Counted from the stretch's first letter, positions 1-12,821 are shown. The stretch is DNA of 64,000 nucleotides from Anthoceros angustus (GCA_010909165.1 VJWM01000186.1:377050-441049); one strand, 5' to 3'. Notes: generated from the letters alone by a model not told the origin. Numbers and translations are program-made.

Positions 1-2707
1 ATGTGACTTTGCGGGATGCAATTAAGAATGCTGCTTGCCCGCATTGTGGTGGTCCCACAGCAATTGGCGAAATATCCCTTGATGAGCAACAGCTTCGCAT
101 GGAGAATGTGAGGTTGAAGGAGGAGGTAAATGCTCTTTTGCATTACTGCATAATCAAGGGAAGTTTTATGTTGATGTGCTTTATGGGTGCAATTTTGTAA
201 GAGAAGTTTCATACATGAGTATAATCGAGTTCATATACTGTGTGTCGTGATATGTACTGGTATTGCAGCTTGACCGTGTATCAACTATCGCTGCCAAGGT
301 TCTGGGTAGGCCTGTGGCTCCACTTGTACCTCTTCAACTAGGCTCATCCTTGGAACTCGCAATGGGTGGAAACTTCGGGATTGCGTCTGGGCCATTACCT
401 GGAAATGAATTCACACAGGGTCCTTCAGTCGCAGATGTAGCTACTCGTCCTGGTGGCCTGACTGATGTTGAGAAGCCAATGGTTGTAGAGCTTGCTGTCA
501 CTGCTATGGAAGAGCTTGTACAGGTAGCCCAAGGGGAAGAGCCGCTGTGGGTTCAGGGTACTGAAGGGACTTACAACAGAGAAACACTGAATTATGACCA
601 ATATATCCATCAGTTTCCAAGAGGAATTGGACCACGGCCATTGGGTTTGAAGATGGAGGCAACGAGGGGGACAGGAATAGTTATGATGAATGGAATCAAT
701 CTCGTGGAAACACTAATGGATGCGGTATGTTATTAAGTTTCAGACCATGGTGTTCTGAGCCGAGTATGTGGTGCGCTGCCAGTGACGGTTGTTTTGTCTT
801 TTGATGCAGGAGCGTTGGATAGATATGTTTCCATGCATTGTATCCAGAGCACTCACAGTTGACGTCATTGCCCATGGAGTTGCTGGCAGTTGCAATGGTG
901 TGCTCCAGCTGGTCAGGTTTCCAGTCTCTGGGACCATGTTTTGCAAGTGCCTGAGTTTCTAATTTTTCTGATGAATGTCTGTGGCCACTATCTCAGATGT
1001 ATGCTGAGCTCCAGCTCCTGTCCCCCTTAGTGCCCACTCGGGAGATATTTTTTCTGCGGTTCTGCAAGCAACATGGGGAGGGTCTCTGGGCCGTTGTGGA
1101 TGTATCTGTAGACAGTTTACGAGACAATCCCCCACCATCACTTATGCGGTGTCGAAGGCGGCCATCTGGATTTCTTATTCAAGATATGCCGAATGGATGC
1201 TCCAAGGTACTTCTGAGGGCACTAGCTAATCTAGAACTTCGAGATGTCTGGCATATACCATAACTAATAACTGAGAATTTCCAACATCCCCTCCAGGTGA
1301 CTGTTGTGGAGCACATGGAGTATGATGATAGGGGTGTGCACCAGATGTATAAAGCTCTAGTGGGAAGTGGAATAGCTTTTGGAGCTCAGCGCTGGCTTGC
1401 TACGCTGCAGCGGCAATGTGAGCGTTCAGCTAGCCTGTCAGCCTGCACCATTTCATCTAGAGATCTTGGCGGTATGTTATCATCTAACCAGCCAGTGCCA
1501 TTCTGTCGTAGCTCTTCTTTGTGCTACTAGAATTTGTAGTTGGACAGGACTTCAAGGGTTTTTGGGCCATGCTTATGCCTATATTCGGCTTATTACAGTC
1601 AAGCCTTTCTGAAAATCATATGCTATCTGACTCATTCTACCAATGGTGTAGGTATACCGACAAGTGGACGGCGCAGCATGTTGAAACTTGCGCAGCGCAT
1701 GACAAACAACTTCTGTGCAGGTGTTGGTGCTTCTACAGTGCATACCTGGACAACACTGTCAGGCAGTGGAGAGGATGATGTGCGTGTCATGACTCGGAAG
1801 AGTGTTGACAATCCTGGTGAGCCTCATGGTGTGGTCTTGAGTGCTGCAACATCGTTGTGGCTTCCAATTGCTCCACAAAGGGTGTTCGAATTTCTTCGCG
1901 ACGAGCGTGTGAGGAGCGAGGTATCACTTTTGCTACTCAAAAGCAGTTTGCTTACTTTAGGGACATCTGGTGGTCTTCTGAGTTTTTTTTCCTGAAGTGT
2001 GGATAGTGTAACAGCAGCAAATTTCTATTATGCCGCGTGTCTCGCGCACTGGGTTTTCTTGATGTCAAGTTAACGTGGGGACACATTAACACGATATTGC
2101 TGCATTATTATGTGTCTGTGCTGCAGTGGGATATTCTATCCAATGGTGGTGTAGTTGCTGAAATGGCACACATATCGAAAGGGCAGGACCCGGGGAATAG
2201 TGTCTCTTTACTTCGTGTAAATGTAGGTTCTGCTGCCAGTGTGGTCTGGGATACGTTTTTTGCCTGCCATGATTGGTATTGTTGATGGGAACGCTCATGC
2301 AGCTCCCATATGTGCAGCCTATGAACGCAGGTCAAAGCAACATGCTTATACTTCAGGAAAGTTGTACGGACGTATCTGGATCTCTCGTGATCTATGCCCC
2401 TGTGGATATTCCAGCTATGAATAATGTATTGCAGGGCGCTGACCCTGCCTATGTTGCGCTCCTTCCATCTGGCTTTGCCATTCTTCCTGATGGGGCTGAG
2501 CCAAGGAGGCCATTTGGATTCCAGCATGACAGTATGCATGCGGACTGCTCGCCAACTGGAGGTTCTCTGTTGACTGTTGCTTTTCAAATTTTGGTGGGCA
2601 GTATTCCGTCGGCCAAATTACCGTTGCAGTCGGTTGCTATTGTCAACGATCTACTATCCTGCACAGTGCAGCGTATACGAGCTGCACTTCAGTGTCATGA
2701 TCCTTAG
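1..2707 (+). CDS. Class IV HD-ZIP transcription factor (GL2/ATML1/PDF2/ANL2/HDG family), 5'-partial: zipper-loop-zipper, START and SAD domains
   Basis: Exons joined at GT-AG sites keep one reading frame: <1-125, 269-724, 810-911, 997-1206, 1297-1471, 1652-1920, 2127-2222, 2318-2707 (TAG). An alternative in-frame last acceptor exists at 2303. Family motifs include CPHCGGPT (ZLZ CxxC), [102 protein letters not shown] and [13 protein letters not shown]. The homeodomain lies upstream of the window. The paralog cannot be assigned from sequence alone. Confidence 0.96.
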
Positions 2708-2815
2708 TGGCTCCCTTCACATGCCAGAGTTGCAGGCCAGATTGAGCTCGGTGAAGCTTCCAAGTTTGAACCATGCAGCAAGTTGTGGCATGGGCCATGG
2801 AGGATGACTAGGTGA

Positions 2816-2974
2816 AAGTCAAGAACGCACCACATGCTCCTTGCGTTGTGGTAAAGTGGAAGAGAGGTCATGCACTCTAGTGTGCATGCGCACCACTTGC
2901 TGTGGGTCATGTACACTAGGGCACCGTGCATGTGCTTCACCACTTCGCAAGGGAAATGGTTCGGGCATTGACTT
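2816..2974 (+). promoter_or_regulatory. HD-ZIP IV 3'UTR paired conserved motifs (stem-loop)
   Basis: AAGTCAAGAACGCACCA (2816-2832) and TGGTTCGGGCATTGACTT (2957-2974) are partly complementary (AAGTCAA/TTGACTT). They match the motif pair known from HD-ZIP IV 3'UTRs. Confidence 0.8.
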
Positions 2975-4427
2975 TTTTGGGGGTCCATGTTTTTTGTGAG
3001 AGACCTGAATCTAGTGATTTTAGCGTTTTCTGTTGTAGATCTTCATTGTAAGGATTAAAGAGTACTTGAGAGATACTGGCTCCAAATTTGTGTGCTTTCC
3101 ACCGTGATATCTTCAACTTGGATTTGGCAACTCCCACTACTATGAGGAATAAGCTGTGTATTTCCATGTAATATTCAAAATTTATTGATTAAGTGATAGT
3201 ATAATATAAGATAAGCATTGCATGCTGTTATCTTTATGGTCTACGAGTCTAGCTTGTCTGTCGTTTCAATGGACTAGCATTTTGCGAAGACCTAGGTGTG
3301 ATTATGCAAGGACATAGGGTTTGTGATTCTTAAACCCCAGAACGACGAATCGAAATGAGTCGTTCGTCCCCATTTGCGCCCTTCGATTTTTTTTGGAGTG
3401 TGTTTCAGGCCATGCCACCCTTGAGCAAACTATGCGGTGTCTTCAGTGGCCATGGCCAGTTTTACGCTTGAAAAAACAAGCAGCTACATCGACATCTAGA
3501 AGTGATCATATGCCGATCTTCCGAGAGATACCATTCTTGTTGAGTGAATCCTCTTGGGGGATGGTGAAGTCTAGCCGTTCAGGATGGCACATTGCTATTG
3601 GTTTTCACCCCAAGCTACCGTCTGTAGGCAATTGCCAAGTCGGTGAGGGAGGAAACGGGACCAGCTTCCTGTGCAATATGCTCTGCATATCCACGCTTGT
3701 GGTGACCCTCTGCACTCCGGTTACCTCATATCCCAATGGCCGCGTGGCTTTCTGCTTGCCTTTCATGCCAATCCATCATGAACCTAGGTCCTTCCTCCTC
3801 TACCTTAGCACTCGCTCTCAGCCCTGTCATGAAGCCAGCTCGCTTTCAGCTTGCACGGCAATTGTCGTTGCACCTTCATCACCGAGGATGTCACAGAAGC
3901 GAGCATCCAAGAGGACGGCCTCGTTGCCGCCTCTGCCTCCGCCACCGATCGAGTTTGCACTTGAGGCTGAGGCAATCCAGTTAGGGATGCATATGCGGAA
4001 GCGTCTTGCATCAAGCAAATGCTTTATTAACAATGAATATGTTTGGTTCATAGGTGGGCTTATAAAGGATGGTTACGAGGGGGTGTGTCCTTTCATTAGC
4101 TTGCTAGTTAACTAACTACCAACTAGTTGAGTCTACTTTGACTAATCCACATTGGGTCTGGTCTAGTCGACCTTAACCAACGCGGTCTGCACTATTCTAA
4201 CTCTCCCTCTCAGACACGTTGAGTTATTTGAGATCTCCGTAAAACAAAAGGAGACCACTCGTTGTCGGAGTCTTGCAATGTGCTACAGTCTTCCACTCGC
4301 TTGTCTTAACACACGTCGAACTCCCTCGCGCTGAGGCTGGCTCACCAGCGGCTCACGGAGTAGTACACCGGTTGTGGCGAGCGGCAAAGTGTATCACTTC
4401 AAGTGACGGAACAAAAGATGATAAGCC

Positions 4428-4963
4428 TCACCATATAAGTGACTTGTCTAGCATCATAAAGCTACTACAGTCTACTAGTCCAAGCCCTTCTCTGTGGAAG
4501 TAGTGTTTAAACTTCAGCAAGGATTCAGTCAGCACATCTGCTGTGTTGTCATCTGTTGATACATACTGTACCTTTACTATCCCCCTTTCTGCAGCATCAC
4601 GAATATAGTGATGTTGAATCTCTACGTGTTTCGTGTGTGAACACAGGGTTAGCAACTAACGCAATTGCCGACATATTATCATAGTTAAGTATTGTTGGCC
4701 CTTCCTGCGTCATACCCAGATCCTCACATAGCTTCCTTTCCCATTCAGCCTCTTTCGTGGCTTCAGTGAGAGCCTTGTACTCCGATTCTGTTGATGAAAG
4801 TAATATGGCTGCTTGTTTTCTACAAAACCAATTAACAATAGTGGAGCCAGCAAAAAAGCAATATGCTGAGATACTTTTCCGGGTGTCAGCGACCGAAGCC
4901 CAATCTGCATCCACATAACATGTAAGCAAGAGACACTTCTTTCCGCTAGGTTTGTAGCATAGG
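4428..4963 (-). pseudogene. Host Copia (Copia-H) RT C-terminus/RNase H fragment, interrupted by Copia-1
   Basis: Motifs CYVDADWA, SISAYCFF, WFCRKQ..LSSTESEY, YDNMSAIAL, HTKHVEIQHHYIRD and STDDNTADVLT. The frame is broken. Confidence 0.9.
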
Positions 4964-5141
4964 TGTAAATAATGGCAAGCATGGCTAGCTAGAGCAGTGA
5001 GCGAGAGCAAAACACTTGCACAGAAAAACTTATCAAATAAATGTGAAAGTGTAGCTTAAATACAATGAATAAATAACGGTTCATATAAAGCTAACCTAAC
5101 CCTAACTTAAGTAACCAGCAAATGTGGTTATCAATTTAACA
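4964..5141 (-). repeat. Copia-1 3' LTR
   Basis: Near-identical to 12972-13148 and adjacent to the PPT. Confidence 0.95.
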
Positions 5142-5150
5142 CACCCCCTT
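5142..5150 (-). promoter_or_regulatory. Copia-1 polypurine tract
   Basis: AAGGGGGTG immediately precedes the 3' LTR on the minus strand. Confidence 0.85.
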
Positions 5151-5299
5151 AACCACGTCGCTGGTTAGAATTATCCCGGCCAAGTTAAAGTTATGTGGAA
5201 CTAGGCAAGGAGGAAGTGTAATCCACCAAGCCCAAGGACTCCAAATGAAAACAATGCTTGTTGGTAGGTAAGCTTTTCGTAAGAATATCGTGTATTTAG

Positions 5300-6760
5300 C
5301 TCCGTGGGTATATAATCAATATGAATCACCTTGCGCCCATGTAACGAACAAAGTGATGTCAATCTCGATATGCTTGGTGCGGGCATGAAACCGAGGATTC
5401 CCAACAAGCGCAATAGTGGACATATTATCACAATAAATAGTCGTTGGAGCGGGTTGTGCAAAGCTCAAGCCAGAGAGGAAAGTCCGCTCCCACTTGGCTT
5501 CCTTAGCTGAATCGGTGAGAGCCTTATACTCCGCTTCGGTGGAGGAGAGTGCTACGGAGGCTTGCTTCTTTGAGCTCCAATTGACCGCAGTGCCGGAAAT
5601 GAGAAAACAATAAGCTGAGATACTCCTACTGGTCCGGATCTGCCCAATCGGCATCAAGATACCCTTGAATGATATTAGAATCCTCACTCCATTGTAGCAT
5701 AACCCATAAGTGGATGTGCCCTTTAAATAGCGAAGGATGCGCTAATGTACCATCCAATGATCCCGGCCCGGTTCTCTAAATATTGTGAAACTGAGCTCAC
5801 GGCGTCAATATCCTACCGTGTCCAAAGATGCTATGTAGTTCAAACACCCAACTGCATGACGGTAAGGGACCTGGCTCATAGCTGCTTTTTCCTCATCATC
5901 TTGTGGAGATTGCTCTATAGATAGCTTCTGACCTACTGTGCCTGGTGTACTAACGGGTTTGGCATCCGCTAGGTTGAAGCGACGAAGTGTCTCATTCACA
6001 TACTTGGTCTGATGAAGAATCAAGGTACGGTTTTCCCTGTCACGCACAAGCTGAACACCAAGGACAAATGTGAGCTGATCTATGTCTTTCATGTCGTAAC
6101 GCTTGTGTAGCATACTCTTGACCCATTCCAGAAGTTCTCGATTATTAGAAGCTAAAATGGCGTCGTCGACATATAGAGCCAAGATCACAATGTGGCCTCC
6201 TTTGGTATACATATACACATTGGCGTCAGCTGGATTCTGGACAAAGCCAATGGATTTGAGGTATTTATCAATGCATTTATACCACTCCCTTGCGCCCTTA
6301 AGCCCAGAGAGTCTTCTTGAGCTTGCACCACCCCGGGTGCTCAGATCCACAAAGCCCTCGGGCTGATCCATATAGATGTCTTCTTCTAACTCTCCATACA
6401 GAAAAGCAGTTGACACGTCCATCTGTTCAAGATCCCAATCACGGGCTGCAGCAAGGGCCAACATCATCTTGATGGATTGCGTCTTCACAACAGGGCTGAA
6501 AGTCTCATTGAAATCAACACCTGCAACTTGAGAGAAGCCACGAGCTACCAAACGTGATTTGTAACGTGCTATCTCTCCTTGTGCATTTCATTTGTGCTTG
6601 AATACCCACTTGCAGCTCACAGTTTTCCTTCCAGCAGGTAAGGGACAGAGCTCCCAGGTCTCATTTTTCATCAAAGAGTCATATTCATCCTGGATTGATG
6701 GAATCCAGTGATGCTTATCCTTCCCTGTGATTGCCTCTTTATATGTGCGAGGTTACCGGA
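5300..6760 (-). pseudogene. Copia-1 reverse transcriptase and RNase H (frameshifted)
   Basis: RLVARGFSQVAGVDFNETFSPV, QMDVSTAFLYG, LYVDD, WSSKKQASVALSSTEAEY, IYCDN, HARTKHIEI. Confidence 0.93.
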
Positions 6761-7174
6761 TGAGAAGTGCCGGATGAAAAGACTTCACCGAGACGTAACG
6801 AGGTCGCTCTAAAGTCCTCCGCTCATATGGTTTATATTGCCAATTTTCTCTAGAAGGACGGAACGGGTAGGGTATCTACGCTCTTCCTCATCCGTTGTGT
6901 AGGTAATGGGTCGTGCACTGATCACGGGTTCTGCACTAGGAACGTCTTCATCATCGCAGCCGTGGATCGATCTCAATCGATTCTATAGCTACATCCGCCG
7001 GCTCTAAATCCTCACGAGCTTCTTCAAAACGTAAAGGAGCGAGGGCGCAGTGAGTCGAAGTACACTACTTTGCTGCAAATGTGGACTCGTGGTGAGATGG
7101 CTGAAAACGGCCGAGGTGATTGTGCACCTTTGTGGAGTTTCCGACTGCGTGAAATTTGCTGCCGTGCCGATCGA

Positions 7175-8534
7175 GAAACACTGCCGGATCGCTTGTAGAT
7201 GCCGTGATCCACCCTCAAGGGCTAGCAGGAAATGTATTGGGAGAACAATCACTGCAATTCATACACGGCATCTTGTGGAAAATCCGAAGGAGAATCATCA
7301 AAAACAGAGTCATCAGGAGCAGAACCAAAAATGGAGCAGTGGCAGATTGAGGGCTGGTGATCTCCTTGAAGGTAACGCTCCTGGCAAAAAGAGAAGTTCG
7401 TGAAACCGGGTCATAAAGCTTATATGCTTTGATTTCCTCACCATAGCCCACAAAAATAAGGGGTCGTGCCCTGTCCTCAAGCTTTTTACGTTGTTCCTCA
7501 TGTATGTAAGCATATGCTGGAGAACCGAAGACACGTAAGTGGAGCAAGCTAGGCTTCCTTTGCCAAAGAACTTCGAAAGGAGTTCGATCTAAGACAGCAG
7601 CAGTGAGGAGGCGATTCAGATGTAGGTAGCCGTAACCACAGCCTCAGCCCAATATGATTTGTGAAGGCCAGACCAAGCTAGCATACTCCGAGTCATATTT
7701 AATAAAGTCTGGTTACGGCGCTCTGCAACGCCATTCTGCTGCTGAGTGTAGGGTATACTAAGCTGCCTTGTGATGCCTTGTGGGGAGAGGTACTCGTCAA
7801 ACTGGGAGTTCACAAATTCTGTACCATTGTCGTAGCGAAGGCACTTAAGGTAACCCCCTGTTTGTCGTTGAATCATGGTCAGCCATTCCCGGAAGAAAGA
7901 AAAAGTATCGAACTTCTTCTTGATGGATACGCCCGTGAGTAACCCAGTCATGTGATGGTCAAGTAATAAAGAGATCCACCCAAGGACGCAACATGAATCT
8001 TGCCAGATATGTCGGCATGCACAAGATCAAGGACATGGCTGGTTCTGAAAGCTGGAGTGTTTGGGAAAGGAAGCTCCTTTTGTTTAGCCAGGACACAAGA
8101 CTCGCAAAGGGGAAGCTCCTTAAAGCACCTAGGTAAGGGTTCACGATAGCACTCAAGATTTGACATTTTTATGAGCTTGTCTCGGTTAGCATGACCTAGA
8201 CGAGCATGCCACAGTTGAGCTAGTGAGGCTTGTGATTTTTCCGCTACCCGAACACTCTTAGAACGCAACAGATGTCTAACTGTCAGGTCATCCTCAAGAA
8301 CACCTCGAGCTACGACAATCTGAGAACCTGTCTGAGAAAGCAAGCAGCCAGCAGAGGTGAAGGTAAGCTGAAAACGACGTAATTTCATGAGCTGACTAAC
8401 CGACAGAAGGTGCTTGGCCATGTCAGGGACAAAAAGCACGTTGTCGAGTTGGAGAAGCTCTCCATTTGTCTGCTGGAAACAGCAGGAGCCACGGCCAAGT
8501 ATCTTCAGACCTGTTCTGGTAAGCTCATCCCCAT
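7175..8534 (-). pseudogene. Tandem duplicate of the Copia-1 protease-end/GAG-pre-integrase/integrase segment
   Basis: Near-identical to ~8535-9885 (LWHARLGH, CESC, LVHADI, DNGTEF, QQNGVAERRN, HLRVFGS), with small deletions. Confidence 0.88.
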
Positions 8535-10930
8535 GCAAAGACACTGCTGGGATCTAGATGCCGTGATCCACCAAGGGCTAGCAGGTGGAACAGTATTGGG
8601 AGAACAAGCCAATTCATACACGGCATCTTGTGGAAAATCCAAGGAGAATCATCAAAAACAGAGTCATCGAGCGTAACCAAAAATGGAGCAAAGGCATTGA
8701 GGGTGGTGATCTCCTTGAAGGTAACGCCCGGCAAAAGAGAAGTTCGTGAAACCGGTCATAAAGCTTATATGCTTTGGTTTCTTCACCATAGCCTACAAAA
8801 ATAAGGGGCCGTGCCCTGTCCTCAAGCTTTTTGCATTGTTCCTCATGTATGTAAGCATATGGAGGAGAACCGAAGACACATAAGTGGAGCAAGCTAGGCT
8901 TCCTTTTCCAAAGAACTTCGAAAGGAGTCCGATCTAAGACAACAAGAAGTGAGGAGGCGATTCAGATGTAGCCGTAACTACGCCTCACCAGATGATTTGT
9001 GAAGGCCAGACCAAGCTAGCATACTCCTTGTCATATTTAATAAAGTCTGGTTACGGCGCTCCGCAACGCCATTCTGCTACTGAGTGTAGGGTATACTAAG
9101 CTGCCTTGTAATGCCTTGTGTGGAGAGGTACTCATCAAACTGAGAATTCACAAATTCTGTACCATTGTCGGAGCGAAGGCACTTAAGGTAACCCCCTGTT
9201 TGTCGTTGAATCATGGTCAGCCATTCCTGGAAGAAAGGAAAAGTATCTGACTTCTTCTTCAGTGGATATGTCCAAGAGTAACGGCTGTAGTCGTCAGTGA
9301 TGGTCAAGTAATAGAGAGAGCCACCCAAAGACGGGACATGAATTTTGCCAGAGATGTCAGCATGCACAAGGTCGAGGACATGGCTGGTTCTAAAGGCAGG
9401 GGTGTTGGGAAAGGGGAGCTCTTTCTGCTTTGCCAAAACACACGACTCGCAGAGAGAAAGCTCCTTAAAACACCTAGGTAAGGGTTCACGATAGCACTCA
9501 AGATTTGACATTTTTATGAGCTTGTCTCGGTTAGCGTGACCTAGACGAGCATGCCACAATTGAGCTAGTGAAGCTTGTGTTTTTTCAGCTATCCGAACAC
9601 TCTTAGCTGGAACGCAGCGTATGTCTAACCTGTACAGGTCATCCTCAAGAACACCTCGAGCTACGACAATCTGAGAACCTGTCTGAGAAAGCAAGCAGCC
9701 AGCAGAGGTGAAGGTAAGCTGAAAACGACGTAATTTCATGAGCTGACTAACCGACAGAAGGTGCTTGGCCATGTCAGGGACATAAAGCACGTTGTCGAGT
9801 TGGAGAAGCTCTCCATCTGTCTGCTGGAAGCAGCAAGAGCCACGGCCAAGTATCTTCAGACCTGTTCTGGTAAGCTCATCCCCAAGCAGCACACACTCTG
9901 TTGTGTAAAGGGGAACAAAATTGCTCAACAAAGAACGATTGTGGCAGATGTGTGTGGTAGCCCCTGAGTCGAGATACCAAGAGTCACCAGGTTTGGAAGA
10001 TGCCAAAAGGCATGTTGTCATCACCACAGGTTGTCGATGTGAAGAGCTAGCCTGAGAAGGCTTATCCTTGGAGACATTATGGGCCTCAGCTTGTTTAGAA
10101 GTCTTCTCGGCCTTTTTAGGTTCTCCAGATTTCTTCTTACGGCACTCTCGTTCCCAGTGGCCTCGGGCACCGCACCAATTACAAGATCCAGCACGCTTTG
10201 TAGAGCTAGATTTGTTATCCTTGGCACCGCCAGCTGTGGGAGGACGAGGTCCTTTGCCGTATTGCTTAGATTTGGAAAATAGCACCTTGTCAGTTTTGGT
10301 TCGACCAGAAAAGGTATGTGTTCCTTGTCGGGTTTGTTCTTCTTGGTAAAGAGCTCCGATTACCTCTGTGAGACTGACGAGGGCTGGTTGTCCTGCAGCT
10401 AAGGCTCTACCAGCATCCCTAAGAGTGGCTTGGTAACTAGACACAAAGGGTTGATAGCTGGGTGGAAGGCTTGTTAAAAGTTGTGCTACAGCATCAAGCT
10501 CAGTCATGGTACAGCCAAGGGAAATGAATTGTGACCTGAGCTGTCTGAACTTGCCTACAAATGTAGCTGCCTTATCACCTTCACGCATGCGAAGAGAGAA
10601 CAGCTCACTTCGTACAGAACACATGGTGACCATGTTCTTCACGTCATAAGTGTCACTGAGCTGTTTCCACATTTCCTCAGCACTTGTGAGGTAAGCAATG
10701 TCCGGTACAAGCACGTCCCAAACGCTTATGAGGAGAGCGGGCAACATTATTAGAGTGTGTCCATTTGTCCCGATCATCTTGGCATTATGGCAGGCGAGGA
10801 GTGCTCCCACACACCACGTCCCACACATGTCGAGCTTCAAGAGCGCCTCATGCGGACACTCCACATAGGATATCGCCCATTGAACCGGTCTCGCTTCTTT
10901 AAATCAAGTGTATGTAGGTTGGTGCACAGG
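8535..10930 (-). CDS. Copia-1 gag-protease-integrase polyprotein (open over 9077-10864; N-terminus and IN tail frameshifted)
   Basis: The 595-aa ORF contains the gag core, the zinc knuckle CNWCGARGHWERECRK, protease WYLDSGATTHIC, LWHARLGH..CESC and integrase TDDYSR/SDNGTEF. The N-terminal DRFNGRYPMWSVRM motif lies in a shifted frame near 10850-10900. Confidence 0.93.
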
Positions 10931-11158
10931 AAGCGCGTACATGTGTTGTCCAAGTCCTCCAAGGCCAGTCAAGGTTCCCGAGGCTTCAGCAAAGGTTGGG
11001 CACTTGCCCCGCCCGATGCCGGGTTGTGGAGGTTGCCCAGTCTTTGCTCCAGCAGCAGGTGTTCAAAAGGTAAGGGTTGTGCGCTAAAACCCTCCGACTC
11101 GAGCGGATTTCCGCGCCCAACTCGGCGCAGGCGGAGGAATGGCAGCCCAACTCTGTGG

Positions 11159-11790
11159 AGCTCCAAATCCAGCCCCTAGAGGCGAGAGGGTTGAGAAATC
11201 CGCACCGAGGGTCCGGAGGAAGAGTTAGCCACCGCTCCTTGAGCTTGCGCTGATGCAACTTGTTATCGTGCCGCCAAGAGGGCCGGAGAGGTGGTGAAAG
11301 TTGTGGCGATGCTGTCAAAGAGGAGGCCGGGCCGCTGCTTTTGGCCATCCATCACTCGCCTTGCTCTATGTCCCGGTTTGATGTGGATCCGTGTTGTGGA
11401 GGGCCTGTGCGGACATGGTAGTAGGTAGCCGCCATTCTGTGATGCGCCCCGACAGCTCAAATCCAGCCCCTAGAGGCGGCAGAAGGTTGAGAAATCCAGA
11501 CCCTGCCGAGGGTCCGGAGGAAGAGTTAGCCACCGTTCCTTGAGCTTGCGCTGATGCAGAACTTGTTGGCCGTGCGGCGCCGAAGAGGGCTGGAGAGGTG
11601 GTGAAAGTTGTGGCGGACAGTGCCGGGCCGCCGAAGAGGAGGCCAGCGGCGTTGCTCAGCCCGGTCATCCAGTCTGTACCTCGCCCTTGCTCTATGTCCT
11701 GGTTTGATGTGGATCCAGGTGTTGTGGAGGGGCCTGTGCGGACATGGTAGGTAGGGCTTGTCTGCCATTCGGGATGCGATCCTCAGAGCC
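11159..11790. repeat. Tandem duplication of a ~300-bp unit in the Copia-1 5' leader
   Basis: The unit starting CTCCAAATCCAGCCCCTAGAGGCG occurs at ~11159 and ~11455 and differs mainly by indels. Confidence 0.85.
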
Positions 11791-12821
11791 CAAATTGTGT
11801 GTGCAGGAGGCGTGGAGAATGGGAAAGGGCGTTTCAGCGGCTATGGAAGAGGCGTGTGAATATATGCAACCATACGTCGCGGGCTGAGCAGGTGAAGGGG
11901 GCCGAGACGGTTACGCAAGGGTAAGCTCGCGTCCCTTCAATTTTCTTTTGCTCACGTCCCATCGATGCTCGCACATGCCGCCCCGGTGATCTGCGCCTGA
12001 CAGCTAACCCGAATCCACCCCCTTGCATGCAGTTTGGTGTCGCTTGGCTGCTATGCCTGCGACGCTTCACAGCTCCCAGTGTTGCAGCAAGGATTTGCTC
12101 ACGGGAAGCTTGAAGTGGCTAGAGATCTTCAGAAAATTGAAGAGGCTCGGCCCTTCGATGCTGAATCCAGGCCGAAAGTGTGTCCGAATTGCTTGCATAG
12201 GGTTTGCATATCAAACGCAAGCTCTTCCACCATGAGCCTGGGCTTGAGCAATTTCCTCCTTGAGCCCAATTAGCCAAAACTTCATCCGCAGTCGTGATTG
12301 TTGCTCGCAATGGAAAGGCTCGAGATGCTCGAGAGTGTCTTCAGGTCTGTGGCGAGGAGATATGTGTGGGTGGAGATGTCTATGTCGCTCACAATACTCG
12401 GTGGGTAGTCTTGGATTAAATCGATGATGATGAGGGGTGGGTGCTTCTCACGTGTTGTGTTGTTTATTGTTGCAGGAACACGTCCAGCCACCAGTTGTGG
12501 CCTTGGAGCCTGGTGAGAGAACTCAACGTTCCTTGAAGCACGGGAACTAGATTGCCAGCCAGCTCTGCGCCTCGGCATCTTCAGGGATCTGCAACCCAAG
12601 TAGCCAGCTTTGTGCAGCGGAAATTAGTGTAGGAATTTGCTGTACTTTTAACTCCTATGTAAGTTGCAGGTGCGAAAGGTGTGTTGTGCACACAACTGAG
12701 AAGCCATAGAATTTGTGGCTTCTACGTAGCGTGCCCAATTATACTTCTCGCGTCTTCTCATCCAAGTTACTAGGAGTAGATTAGCATAAATAATGCTAGG
12801 TTGAGCAGCATGATATCACAT

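Noticed and set aside
740-1778. Antisense and alternative-frame ORFs within the HD-ZIP IV gene (e.g. 740-946, 959-1141, 1379-1612, 1521-1778, also 2108-2587)
   Set aside because: They are shadows of the spliced gene with no motifs or independent support.
1-2707. Specific gene symbol (GL2, ATML1, PDF2, ANL2, HDG2) and species assignment
   Set aside because: The homeodomain and N-terminus are outside the window, and orthology needs a phylogeny.
5091-5112. Telomere-like CTAACCTAACCCTAAC (also ~13099-13115)
   Set aside because: Only about 2-3 degenerate units, and they are part of the Copia-1 LTR rather than an interstitial telomere array.
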